DNA from: an uncultured virus (IMG/VR IMGVR_UViG_3300042297_000490)
Lineage: Duplodnaviria; Heunggongvirae; Uroviricota; Caudoviricetes
Strand: one strand, 5' to 3'
Length of the DNA stretch: 64,000 nucleotides
IMG/VR virus record: IMGVR_UViG_3300042297_000490
Part shown: in pieces, positions 53,718 to 63,180 of the stretch
Position numbering within the stretch: the first letter of the stretch is position 1
Layout: each line of letters begins with the position of its first letter
Notes under the pieces: model-generated
Told to the model about the DNA's origin: nothing
The model's input: the letters and a program-made list of their open reading frames with translations, nothing else
The model's database searches: none
Translations under genes and position numbers: made by a program

Positions 53718-53999
53718 ATGGAATACGCAGGGAAATTGGTAATCATTGAGATGCCTACATTAGAAAAAAAAGCGGGAGCTATTGAATTATTAGCAGATGC
53801 ACAAGCAGCTAAAGAAGCTGAATTCAGAAAGTCTTGGAACAAATTAAAGGTAGATGCAGTTGGACCAGAGGTTACATTCTGCAAACCAGGTGATCATGTG
53901 TTAATAACACCAAAGCAATTGTCGTATGCGGATCAATTCGAACTGAATGATAAAGTTTATTTCGTGGTTCAAGAATCACATTGTATTGGAAAACATTAA
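53718..53999 (+). CDS. GroES/Cpn10-like co-chaperonin
   Basis: V.AVGPEV...KPGDHVLI and YFVVQESHCIG; 93 aa. Confidence 0.65.
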   Translation: MEYAGKLVIIEMPTLEKKAGAIELLADAQAAKEAEFRKSWNKLKVDAVGPEVTFCKPGDHVLITPKQLSYADQFELNDKVYFVVQESHCIGKH

Positions 54000-54016
54000 T
54001 TCTTTTCCTATAGAAG

Positions 54017-54047
54017 ATCCCTTGCATTAACTTGTAAGGGATTTTTT
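54017..54047 (+). terminator. Intrinsic terminator
   Basis: ATCCCTTGCA-TTAACT-TGTAAGGGAT followed by a T-run. Confidence 0.7.
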
Positions 54048-54111
54048 GTTTAAATTTGTTGCCGAAGCAATTATTTTTTTGTATATTATAATAACATGTA
54101 AACATTACATT

Positions 54112-54357
54112 ATGACAAACGAAGATTATCAAAACAGAATGGTTCAGTTGATTAACGGTGGTTCATCAAAACTAGGACGCATTAAAAATGCTTTAGATTA
54201 TAAAAAAGAATTTACTTATAGCGGAATAACACAAAACATTACTGTGATTGTTCATACAGGTTCAACACCAAAAGGAATTGAAGTTGTAACACAAACTATC
54301 AGTTATGAAAACCCTGCAGTTGAAGGATCACGTATTACATCAATAATACTTTCGTAA
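54112..54357 (+). CDS. Small structural/hypothetical protein
   Basis: ORF MTNEDY..., upstream of tail fibre. Confidence 0.55.
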   Translation: MTNEDYQNRMVQLINGGSSKLGRIKNALDYKKEFTYSGITQNITVIVHTGSTPKGIEVVTQTISYENPAVEGSRITSIILS

Positions 54358-54359
54358 TT

Positions 54360-56015
54360 ATGCCTTGGAAAATTAACCCAGACACTGGTGAACTAGATTA
54401 CTACGAAACATCAACAGGTGGTGGCGGTGGTGGTTCTACCAATTTAACTTTTGTTCCAGGAGTGAGCAATGGTACAGTTGTTTCTGATTCAGGAACTGAT
54501 GCTACAATATTAGCTGCAGATGCTACAAATGCAGGGCTTATGCTTCCTGCAGAAAAAACAAAACTTGCAGGAATTGCTGTAGGTGCTGAAGTAAATGTTA
54601 ATCCGGATTGGAATGCAACTTCTGGAGATGCTCAAATTTTAAACAAACCTTCAAGTATTCCTACAGCAAATGTTAAACATTCTGTAAAATATGCAGAAGC
54701 ATTAACTATTGGACAAGCTGTTTATGTAAGCGGTGCTAGTGGTACTAATATGCTTGTTTCTAAAGCAGACAATAGTGCAGAAGCTACTTCATCAAAAACA
54801 TTAGGATTAGTTACTGCATCAGGTGCAGCAAACTATCAAGGAGAAGTAATTACAGAAGGTTTGTTAGCTGGATTAAATACTTCTACAGCTACTGATGGGG
54901 ATGCTGTATGGCTTGGAACTAATGGCAATCTAATTTTCTGGCATTATGGTTTAACAACTAAACCAGTTGCACCTGCTCATCTTGTATTCATTGGTGTTGT
55001 AACAAGAGTAAGTGCTACAGTTGGAGAAATTTTTGTAAAACCACAAAATGGATTTGAGATTGATGAGCTTCACGATGTATCTGTAGTAGGAAGAGCAAAT
55101 AACACATTGCTTGGATATAATTCAATAACAGGATTGCATGAATTCAAAACAGTAGCTGGTTGGTTAGGATTTACACCGGGAACTATTGATACATTAACAA
55201 CAACAGGAACATCAGGTGCAGCTACATTAGTTGGTAGCACATTAAATATTCCTCAATATACAGGTGGCGGAACAACAGAGTTTATTCCAAACTTTAGTCC
55301 TCATGAAATATATAGAGGTATTACAATTAATAACAATACCACAACAGTTGTTGCAGAAGGTGGTGTAACAATGTCAATTACCGGTGCAGCACTGGCTCAA
55401 TCAGTTGCCTCTACCAGCTTTGCGACAAAACAAGTCAGACTTAGATATTATGCTTCGACTGTATCTGGAGGAAGATATACAGGAAATAGAGGTTCAGCTT
55501 TATTGTGGTATATAGAGGGTGGTTTTAGATATGTATGTGATTTTAATATTGCAGATACTGCTTACGCTGCTGGTTGTCAACAATTCTATGGATTGGGTGG
55601 TCAAACTGGTGACTTAGGTTACGGTGGTGTTTCAGGTACTTTAGTTAATGTATTAACTAATATAATCGGTGTAGGTTCTGAAAATGGTGATGCTAATTTA
55701 CAAGTGTTTCATAATGATGCTTCTGGTACTGCAACAAAGGTTGATTTAGGAGTTGGTTTTCCAGCAAATAGAACAGCAGGGGCTGCTTCAACAACTGTAT
55801 ATAGCATTCAGATATACAACGAACCTATGTCTACAGATGTAAAATATGAGGTGATAAATAAAGAAACTGGGGCAATTGCACAAGGTACAATCTCAACAAA
55901 TTTACCTTTAACTTCACAAGGGTTAAACTTTTTCGCTAGTAGATGTATGGCTGTCACTTCAGTAACAAATACAGGGCAATTTGAATTATCTAAATTTGGT
56001 GTTTATTCAATATAA
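54360..56015 (+). CDS. Tail fibre/spike protein
   Basis: Gly/Thr/Ser-rich; VNVNPDWNATSGDAQILNKP and ELHDV fibre-type motifs. Confidence 0.7.
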   Translation: MPWKINPDTGELDYYETSTGGGGGGSTNLTFVPGVSNGTVVSDSGTDATILAADATNAGLMLPAEKTKLAGIAVGAEVNVNPDWNATSGDAQILNKPSSIPTANVKHSVKYAEALTIGQAVYVSGASGTNMLVSKADNSAEATSSKTLGLVTASGAANYQGEVITEGLLAGLNTSTATDGDAVWLGTNGNLIFWHYGLTTKPVAPAHLVFIGVVTRVSATVGEIFVKPQNGFEIDELHDVSVVGRANNTLLGYNSITGLHEFKTVAGWLGFTPGTIDTLTTTGTSGAATLVGSTLNIPQYTGGGTTEFIPNFSPHEIYRGITINNNTTTVVAEGGVTMSITGAALAQSVASTSFATKQVRLRYYASTVSGGRYTGNRGSALLWYIEGGFRYVCDFNIADTAYAAGCQQFYGLGGQTGDLGYGGVSGTLVNVLTNIIGVGSENGDANLQVFHNDASGTATKVDLGVGFPANRTAGAASTTVYSIQIYNEPMSTDVKYEVINKETGAIAQGTISTNLPLTSQGLNFFASRCMAVTSVTNTGQFELSKFGVYSI

Positions 56016-56020
56016 TAATT

Positions 56021-56263
56021 ATGGAAAAATTTACATTAACATATGAAGCAATTGTGTTAGACGATGGTCAGGTAAACATAAAAGTTTATCCTGCAATTCC
56101 AGAAATTTCTAAATATATATGTAGTTATGAAACTATTTCAACAAAACAAGATTTATTATCTTTTGTAGCTGATTTAATAGTTGAAATGACACCATTATTA
56201 TTTGCAGATTTTCAACTAATGGAGAATATTCCGTTAGATGTTAGAAACCAATTTGAGTTATAG
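56021..56263 (+). CDS. Possible fibre-associated small protein
   Basis: 80 aa directly after the fibre gene. Confidence 0.45.
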   Translation: MEKFTLTYEAIVLDDGQVNIKVYPAIPEISKYICSYETISTKQDLLSFVADLIVEMTPLLFADFQLMENIPLDVRNQFEL

Positions 56264-56267
56264 TATA

Positions 56268-56795
56268 ATGAAAAATATAATATGTAAGTTTGTTATGTCA
56301 GCAGGGTATAAGGATACACCTCATTTTTTAAATAGTACCTTTCATCCAGATCTTGCAGGTTTTGCAACTGCAATGAGTGCTGTATTAGCTTTCCTAGCGT
56401 ATTACTTTAATCTAGTATTTGGAATAGAATTACCAGTTGGAATAGTTTTAATCATACTTTTCTTTTTAGAAATGTTCACAGGAATTAGAGCATCAAGAAA
56501 AGAAAAGATGCAATTTGATTCTGAATTATTTGGAAAGGGTTGGCTAAAGTTATTAGTATATATGATCATGATTGGTTGTTCAAATGCTTTATCAATACAT
56601 ATACCAGTTAAAACATTTTTTGGTTGGAACTTTAATATTTATTCATGGTTGCATTATTCTTTTTATAACTTTGTTATTATAAATTTGATTTGGTCAAACC
56701 TTGAAAATTTTAAAAGGCTGGGTTGGACTGAATATTTACCAATATTAAGACAGTTGTCAAAATACATTAAAGATGAACCTAAAAAAGAAGAATGA
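56268..56795 (+). CDS. Putative holin
   Basis: Several TM helices, SNLENFKRLG motif, charged C-terminus. Confidence 0.6.
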   Translation: MKNIICKFVMSAGYKDTPHFLNSTFHPDLAGFATAMSAVLAFLAYYFNLVFGIELPVGIVLIILFFLEMFTGIRASRKEKMQFDSELFGKGWLKLLVYMIMIGCSNALSIHIPVKTFFGWNFNIYSWLHYSFYNFVIINLIWSNLENFKRLGWTEYLPILRQLSKYIKDEPKKEE

Positions 56796-57025
56796 TGGAA
56801 AACTTAAAAGAAAGATGGAAAGCAAAAACTCCAAAGTTTTGGAAAAAAGTACAACGCATTGGAATTATAGTTGGAGCAGTTGGAGCAGCATTAATTGCGT
56901 CACCAGTAGTATTGCCAGTTGCTATCGTAACCGGAGCTGGGTATCTAGTTGCAGTGGGAACAGCAACAGCTGCTCTTTCGCAATTAACTAAAGAAGATAA
57001 TCCAACCGTTGAACCTGAAAACTAA
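56792..57025 (+). CDS. Small membrane protein (holin-like)
   Basis: Basic RWKAKTPKFWKKV N-terminus plus hydrophobic hairpin. Confidence 0.55.
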   Translation: MMENLKERWKAKTPKFWKKVQRIGIIVGAVGAALIASPVVLPVAIVTGAGYLVAVGTATAALSQLTKEDNPTVEPEN

Positions 57026-57030
57026 AATAT

Positions 57031-57627
57031 ATGACGTTAGAGCAAATTAAAAGAGCTGTAATAGCAAAAGGTTATGCTTGGTTCAATGATGCAGCAAACA
57101 AAGGATATGATGTTAATATTGTTGGTGTGCGTAATAGTTCGACTGGTAAAAAAGTAACAAACTTATTTGATGATGTATTAACACTTTCATTTAAAGATGA
57201 TAAAGGTGTTTGGCAATTTTTTGAATGGGCTGCTACAACTGAACCAGGTAAAAAAGGTGTGCAGCAATATCACAATGTAAAAGGTGTTGCAAGACTTGTT
57301 CCAGGACAATATAGAAAAACTTATACTGTTGATAAACATCAAGGTAAATATTATGCTTTGTGCCAAAGACTTCAGACAGTAAAAGTATTTAGAGATGTCG
57401 ATAAAGATCTTGAGTATGATGAAGACAATACAGATACAGGAATGTTTGGTATAAACATTCATAAAGCTGGACAAGATTCTACATGGGTTGAGAACTGGTC
57501 AGAAGGATGTCAAGTATTCAAAAGAGTAAAAGACTTTGATGCATTCATGAAAATTTGTAAATTAGCTGCAAAGATTCATGGTAATCATTTTTCATATACA
57601 TTAATTGAATCTAAAGATATTGTATAA
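57031..57627 (+). CDS. Putative endolysin, YkuD/L,D-transpeptidase-like His-Cys motif
   Basis: GINIH...WSEGCQV; next to holin-like genes. Confidence 0.55.
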   Translation: MTLEQIKRAVIAKGYAWFNDAANKGYDVNIVGVRNSSTGKKVTNLFDDVLTLSFKDDKGVWQFFEWAATTEPGKKGVQQYHNVKGVARLVPGQYRKTYTVDKHQGKYYALCQRLQTVKVFRDVDKDLEYDEDNTDTGMFGINIHKAGQDSTWVENWSEGCQVFKRVKDFDAFMKICKLAAKIHGNHFSYTLIESKDIV

Positions 57628-57920
57628 TGGCAAGAAATTCATTAGCTGGAAAATCAACAGGAACAAGTAAATCTGCAAAGTATTTTGCCGAAAATCCTGA
57701 AGCAAGAAAAAAGAAGAATGCATATAATAAAGAATATCATTCTACTCCTTCGCGTGTGAAATACAGAGAAGAATTAAATTCAGCTAATAGAAAATCTGGA
57801 ACTTATGGTAACAAAGATGGTAAAGATAAATCACATACCAAATCGGGAAAATTAGTTAGCGAATCTGCAAACAAAAATAGAGCAAGAAACGGTAAAGGAA
57901 ACAATGGTAGATTGAAATAA
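57627..57920 (+). CDS. Basic, degenerate HNH-like protein
   Basis: DGKDKSH..G.L......NRARNG. Confidence 0.5.
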   Translation: MARNSLAGKSTGTSKSAKYFAENPEARKKKNAYNKEYHSTPSRVKYREELNSANRKSGTYGNKDGKDKSHTKSGKLVSESANKNRARNGKGNNGRLK

Positions 57921-58010
57921 AACCTCTTATAGATATAGTTAAAATAAATCAGCTTCTTTCATCGGAAGCTTTTTTTATGATTAAACATTTTTTAGTTAAC
58001 CATTTAGTAG

Positions 58011-58018
58011 TATATTTG
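58011..58018 (+). promoter_or_regulatory. Bacteroidota-type -7 promoter element
   Basis: TATATTTG upstream of the ATG at 58040, after a terminator-like hairpin at about 57951-57976. Confidence 0.6.
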
Positions 58019-58039
58019 TGACAATAAATAATAAATATT

Positions 58040-58674
58040 ATGTCAGAAAATTCCAACCAAAAAGAAGTAAGTTACACACCAGAACAACTTGCAGAATTTA
58101 AAGCAAAGCAGATTGCTTTCTTTGAAGATCAGTTACCATTACTACGTTTACAAACAGAGTATGAAGAATGTAAATCGCGTATTGAAATAGCGCGTTTAGA
58201 TGGATTCAAATCACGCATTGAGTTCATGCAAATTAACATGCAACTTCAAGAAAATGAAGCAGCTGCTGAAAGTGATGAACCAGAAAAAAAAGCTGAATAG
58301 TTATGGCGAAGGCACTTGTTGTAAATAGACAAATCCCTTTATCATTGTATGACATCATTCGATTTCAGATTAATGAATATTGTTTCGTAAATAAAATTAG
58401 GTTAAGTCCAGCACAACAAGATTGTCTGGCTTTACTTGGTTTGTATGGTGAAATAAACATGTCTGATTTTTGCGAACAAGTTGTTACAGAAGATATTTTT
58501 GGTAATATGCAAACGACCAGAAATTTTATTACCAAGTGCGTTAAAGAAAAATTAGTTAAACGTAGTGGACTTGGTAACAAACTTGTTTCATTAACTGAAG
58601 AGTTGAACATACTTACAACTGGGAACATATTGTTAAACCTTAAAGTATTTCATTTTGAAACCAACAAAGGGTAG
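58040..58674 (+). CDS. Two hypothetical genes (58040-58300 coiled coil; 58303-58674 wHTH-like)
   Basis: ORFs heading the packaging operon. Confidence 0.55.
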
Positions 58675-59050
58675 AACATTAATAAAGAAAACTGCAGATG
58701 ACCTTGGGGTATCTGAAAGTCTAACACAAGACGTAGTAGATTTTTACTACTCTACTGTAAGAAAAAAGATTGAAGCAATGAAGCATACTACAATCTTTCT
58801 TCATGGACTTGGAACATTGAGATTGAGTCGAGTTAAATTAAAACGTGACATTACAGGGCTTAAAAAACTCTTGTCAAGTAATGAACAGGAAGACTTTAAA
58901 AAAGTTATTAGGTTTAAGTTCACGCAGGAACAACTAACTCAAAAAGAAGAAGCATTAGAAAATTGTAATAAATACTACGAACCATTGTATGAAAAGCGTA
59001 ATAAAAATTTGGAAAGCAAAAGGGCAGATTCTGGAAGGGATCAAGAATAA
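58655..59050 (+). CDS. HU/IHF-like DNA-binding protein
   Basis: LIKKTADDLGVS...IFLHGLGTL. Confidence 0.65.
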   Translation: MKPTKGRTLIKKTADDLGVSESLTQDVVDFYYSTVRKKIEAMKHTTIFLHGLGTLRLSRVKLKRDITGLKKLLSSNEQEDFKKVIRFKFTQEQLTQKEEALENCNKYYEPLYEKRNKNLESKRADSGRDQE

Positions 59051-59595
59051 CATATTCAAAACTGATCACATAGAAGAAATTGCAGCAGAAAGAAAAAAGT
59101 TTTGTGAAGGGTGTATATTATTTGATGGAAAATGTGCAGTACCTGGAACCGGCCCTTGTTGTGGTGATTGCGGATGTTCAATGAAATTAAAATGGAGATC
59201 GTTGTCAGCAACTTGTCCATTGGAAGAACCAAGATGGAAAGCAATCCTTACCTTTGAGGAAGAATATATGTTACAACAAAAATTAAGAGAAGATGTTCCA
59301 GAATGATCTAATGACAGATTTTAATTTTGATGAGTTTGTAAAAAAAGAAGTATCAGCTTTTTATAGTAAAAAACTAGAAGGTGCAAGAGATATTACTATT
59401 CGGACAGGAGCAAAAGGACATGCTATGATAAACAAAACAATACGCCAAAGTCCAATGCGCGAGCATTTAAAAGCAGCAAGTGATTTAGGTGTAGTGACTG
59501 CAACCAGACGTAAACAATTATTTGGAATGTTGGATTCTGATGACGAAGAGATTCAAAAATTAGCAGAAGGAATTATTTTAGGATTAAAAATATAA
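58989..59595 (+). CDS. Cys-rich Zn-binding protein (58989-59306) and hypothetical protein (59293-59595)
   Basis: CxxC..C..CCxxCGC..CP..W. Confidence 0.55.
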
Positions 59596-59598
59596 ACT

Positions 59599-60441
59599 AT
59601 GGCAATTAAATTTTATGCAGATGATCACAAGTACGTAAGTGCTGAAGGAACAGAGCCAATAGATTGGATTAGTGTCACAAGATTAATACATCATTTCAAA
59701 GAACCATTCGATGAGATGGCAATGTCCATCGCTTGTTCTAAAGGAAAGAATCCAAAGTATGTTGGTAAAACTCCTGAAGAAATTCGTGCAATCTGGAAAG
59801 CTGAAAATACACGTGCTGTAACAGTTGGTTCCTGGTATCACGACCAACGTGAAAAAGATACATTGAATTGCAACACTATTACACGCAGAGGAATTGATTT
59901 AACGATCATCAATCCATTAATGGAAGGTAGTGTTAAGATTGCACCAGCACAACAATTAATTGAAGGCATACATCCAGAACATTTAATTTATTTAATGTCT
60001 GTGGGTATTTGTGGACAAGCAGATAGAGTTGAGGTTGTTGCTGATGTAATTGATTTGTATGATTACAAAACTAACAAGAAAATTGATACTGAAGGTTTTA
60101 AAAATGCACGTACAGGCAAAACTAAAAAAATGCTTGGTCCATTATCACATCTGGATGATTGCAACTTTAACGATTATGCATTACAGTTAAGTACATATAT
60201 GTACATGATGTTAAAACATAATTATAATTTAGAACCTGGATTAATGCGTATCGATCATGTTGAATTTGAACTAGCTGGTTTAAATAAACATGGGTATCCA
60301 ATTGCAAAATTAGATAAAGAAGGAAATGCAATGGTTAAAAGCATCACACCATACAACATACCATACTTGGAAAAAGAAGTAATTGCTATGTTTAAATATG
60401 TACAGTTAAACCGCGAAAAAATATTAGGAAATGGCCATTAA
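59599..60441 (+). CDS. PD-(D/E)XK nuclease
   Basis: H.Y..SVT, GQAD..DYKTN, YALQLSTY. Confidence 0.8.
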   Translation: MAIKFYADDHKYVSAEGTEPIDWISVTRLIHHFKEPFDEMAMSIACSKGKNPKYVGKTPEEIRAIWKAENTRAVTVGSWYHDQREKDTLNCNTITRRGIDLTIINPLMEGSVKIAPAQQLIEGIHPEHLIYLMSVGICGQADRVEVVADVIDLYDYKTNKKIDTEGFKNARTGKTKKMLGPLSHLDDCNFNDYALQLSTYMYMMLKHNYNLEPGLMRIDHVEFELAGLNKHGYPIAKLDKEGNAMVKSITPYNIPYLEKEVIAMFKYVQLNREKILGNGH

Positions 60442-60943
60442 ACTATTCGAACTTAAAGAAAAAACTCTTCTTCCTACAGAGCATTGTTATGCTATTGCAG
60501 AGTTCAAGAACATCATTGATAATTTTCCAGAGAACCACATAAAGGTTTTCTGTTACTTGTTTTACTTATCTTGTCGCAGTGAAGAAAATCCATATTTCAA
60601 TAGACCACAAGATGGCCTAGATAGAGAGATTTTAAAAGACATTAAAGCTGACTTTGATACAGAAGATCCGTTGATTATAAAAGCAATGGAGAAAGCAAAG
60701 AGATTGTATGAAACGCCAACTGTACGTGCATACAATGGTATCGCAAATATGCTTGAAGAACTTGCTAATTATATGAACACTCAAACCATTACTGATGGTA
60801 GAGATGGTAACCTTTCGGCAATAGTTCAAGCTGCTAAAAACTTTGATGGAATTCGAAAATCATTTAAAGGTGTAGCAAAAGATTTGGAAGAAGAACAATC
60901 ATCAAGAGCAAGAGGGGGAAGTCGATTATCTTATGATGATTAA
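60431..60943 (+). CDS. Protein upstream of terL, possible small terminase
   Basis: Position; C-terminal RARGG. Confidence 0.45.
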   Translation: MAIKLFELKEKTLLPTEHCYAIAEFKNIIDNFPENHIKVFCYLFYLSCRSEENPYFNRPQDGLDREILKDIKADFDTEDPLIIKAMEKAKRLYETPTVRAYNGIANMLEELANYMNTQTITDGRDGNLSAIVQAAKNFDGIRKSFKGVAKDLEEEQSSRARGGSRLSYDD

Positions 60944-60953
60944 TACTTAAAAT

Positions 60954-63179
60954 ATGGCAAGTGATAAATTAGGTCCTATATACAAAGAAATACCCTGTTA
61001 TGATAATGGGGTATGGGGATTTGTATCATATGAATCAAGAGAAGAATTTAAAAATGATTTGGAAACAAATTACTTTAAAGAACCCGGTGAATATGAATTT
61101 GATGAAACAATTCAAATCTTTCAGGAACCAGGAAATCACTTTAGAAAACATGGTTATTATACCAAAGCATTAGAAGGAAGCCGAGATTTTATTAATTACT
61201 GGGATGACCAAAAATTAAAATCTAGGAAAGGAGTATTTTTTAAAGTAGGAACTAAACAATGGTATTTACCACGTGATTACTATTTCTGGATTAACTTTTT
61301 ACAAATACCAGACAAGGTTAAAAAGACAGATGACTTTACGGACATTTGGGATTCACAAATGCACATGGCGTTGTATGAATGGATAGGTGAATTAAATTAC
61401 GAGCATGGCGTTGTTTTAAAGAAACGTCAGTTTGGTTCTTCATTATATCACGCTGCAAAATTGCTAAATGTACTTTGGTTCGAACAATCGCCAATACTAA
61501 AAATTGGAGCATCGTTATCAGCGTACATCACAGGTGTAACTGGTACATGGAAAATTTTACAATCGTATAGAATTTTCTTGAATAAACATACCGCTTGGTA
61601 TCGTCCAATGAATCCAGGCGGTGTTGGAGAATGGCAACAAAAGATTGAGTACGTTGAGAATGGACGTAAGACTGAAAAAGGAAGAAAAGGGGTACTTCAA
61701 TCATTATCATTTGAACAATCGGATACAGCAGGGGTAGGGGGTTTATGTACATTATTCTTTTATGAGGAAGCTGGAATTGCTAAATCGATGGATAACACAT
61801 ACGAGTTCATGCGTCCAGCAATGGAGTCTGGAGATATTACTACTGGATACTTTATTGCTGCAGGATCTGTGGGTGATTTGAAACAATGTGAACCATTGAA
61901 GAAATTCATGTACAAACCAAAAGGAAATGGCTTTTATGGTATAAAAAATAAATGGATTAATGATAAAGGCGTTACTGCTGAAACAGGATTGTTTATTCCT
62001 GAACAATGGTCAATGCCGCCTTTTATTGATGAGTTTGGAAACAGTAAAGTTGACGAAGCACTTGAATCAATTAAAGAAAAACGTATTCAATGGAAGAAAG
62101 ATTTAGATCCAGAACAATATCAAATTCGTATTTCACAGCATCCAACTAACTTAGAAGAAGCATTTGCTTTTCGTGGTGAAAGTATATTTCCAACACAATT
62201 AATTAAAAGTAATAAACGTGATATTGAAGAAGGTGACTATCCATACAAATCATACAAATTAGAGTATGATACTCTTGGTGGAATTGTTGCATCATTAACA
62301 AACAAACCACCAATCAAAGACTTTCCAATACAAAAAGCAGCAGAAGACAAGACTGGTGTAATTCAAGTATGGGAAGAACCAGATGAAGAAAAAGATTTCT
62401 GTACAACATATTTTGCATCAGTCGATCCAGTTGGTGAAGGTAAAACCGTTACATCGGAATCGTTGTGTTCTATTTACATTTACAAAAATCCTGTACAAGT
62501 ACAACGAGTAAAAGAGAATGGTGACGTTGAAGTACACATTGAAGGCGATAAAATTGTTGCTTGTTGGTGTGGTCGTTTCGATGACATTAATAAAACCCAT
62601 GAACGTCTGGAAATATTAATTGAATGGTATCAAGCGTGGACAATAGTTGAGAACAACGTACCGTTATTCATTCAGTACATGCAATTCAAACGTAAACAGA
62701 AGTATTTGGTTCCATCATCTCAAATGGTTCTTTCTAAAGAAGTACAAGCATCAAAAACCCAATTCCAACAATATGGTTGGAGAAACGTATCAACGCTGTT
62801 TAAAACAGTTATGTTAAGTTACCTAATTGAGTTCTTAAAAGAAGAACTGGATGAGGAAGTTGATGAAAATGGTAAAGTGTACAAAAAGTATTTTGGTATC
62901 AGCAGAATACCTGATATTATGGCAATGGTGGAGATGGAACAATACCAACCAGGAGTCAATGTCGATAGGTTGATTTCTTTGGGTGCATTGATTACCTTTG
63001 TTAAAATTCAAGAATCAAATCGTGGTTTAAAGAAAAGAGTTGAATATGAAGACACTCAATATTTGGAAAATTCAGAAAATTTGTATAAATTAAATAGAAG
63101 TCCTTTTAAAAATATCGGAATGAACAAACAAAGTAGTAGCTTTACTAAAAGTAGAAACCCATTCAAAAATTTAAAATAG
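60954..63179 (+). CDS. terL: Terminase large subunit
   Basis: LKKRQFGSS Walker A, FYEEAG Walker B, ASVDP nuclease motif, IVENN, NVDRL. Confidence 0.9.
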   Translation: MASDKLGPIYKEIPCYDNGVWGFVSYESREEFKNDLETNYFKEPGEYEFDETIQIFQEPGNHFRKHGYYTKALEGSRDFINYWDDQKLKSRKGVFFKVGTKQWYLPRDYYFWINFLQIPDKVKKTDDFTDIWDSQMHMALYEWIGELNYEHGVVLKKRQFGSSLYHAAKLLNVLWFEQSPILKIGASLSAYITGVTGTWKILQSYRIFLNKHTAWYRPMNPGGVGEWQQKIEYVENGRKTEKGRKGVLQSLSFEQSDTAGVGGLCTLFFYEEAGIAKSMDNTYEFMRPAMESGDITTGYFIAAGSVGDLKQCEPLKKFMYKPKGNGFYGIKNKWINDKGVTAETGLFIPEQWSMPPFIDEFGNSKVDEALESIKEKRIQWKKDLDPEQYQIRISQHPTNLEEAFAFRGESIFPTQLIKSNKRDIEEGDYPYKSYKLEYDTLGGIVASLTNKPPIKDFPIQKAAEDKTGVIQVWEEPDEEKDFCTTYFASVDPVGEGKTVTSESLCSIYIYKNPVQVQRVKENGDVEVHIEGDKIVACWCGRFDDINKTHERLEILIEWYQAWTIVENNVPLFIQYMQFKRKQKYLVPSSQMVLSKEVQASKTQFQQYGWRNVSTLFKTVMLSYLIEFLKEELDEEVDENGKVYKKYFGISRIPDIMAMVEMEQYQPGVNVDRLISLGALITFVKIQESNRGLKKRVEYEDTQYLENSENLYKLNRSPFKNIGMNKQSSSFTKSRNPFKNLK

Positions 63180-63180
63180 C

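Noticed and set aside
14535..63179. Introns or inteins in polB, dnaB or terL
   Set aside because: Catalytic motifs are contiguous in single ORFs of ordinary length; no intein or LAGLIDADG signatures seen
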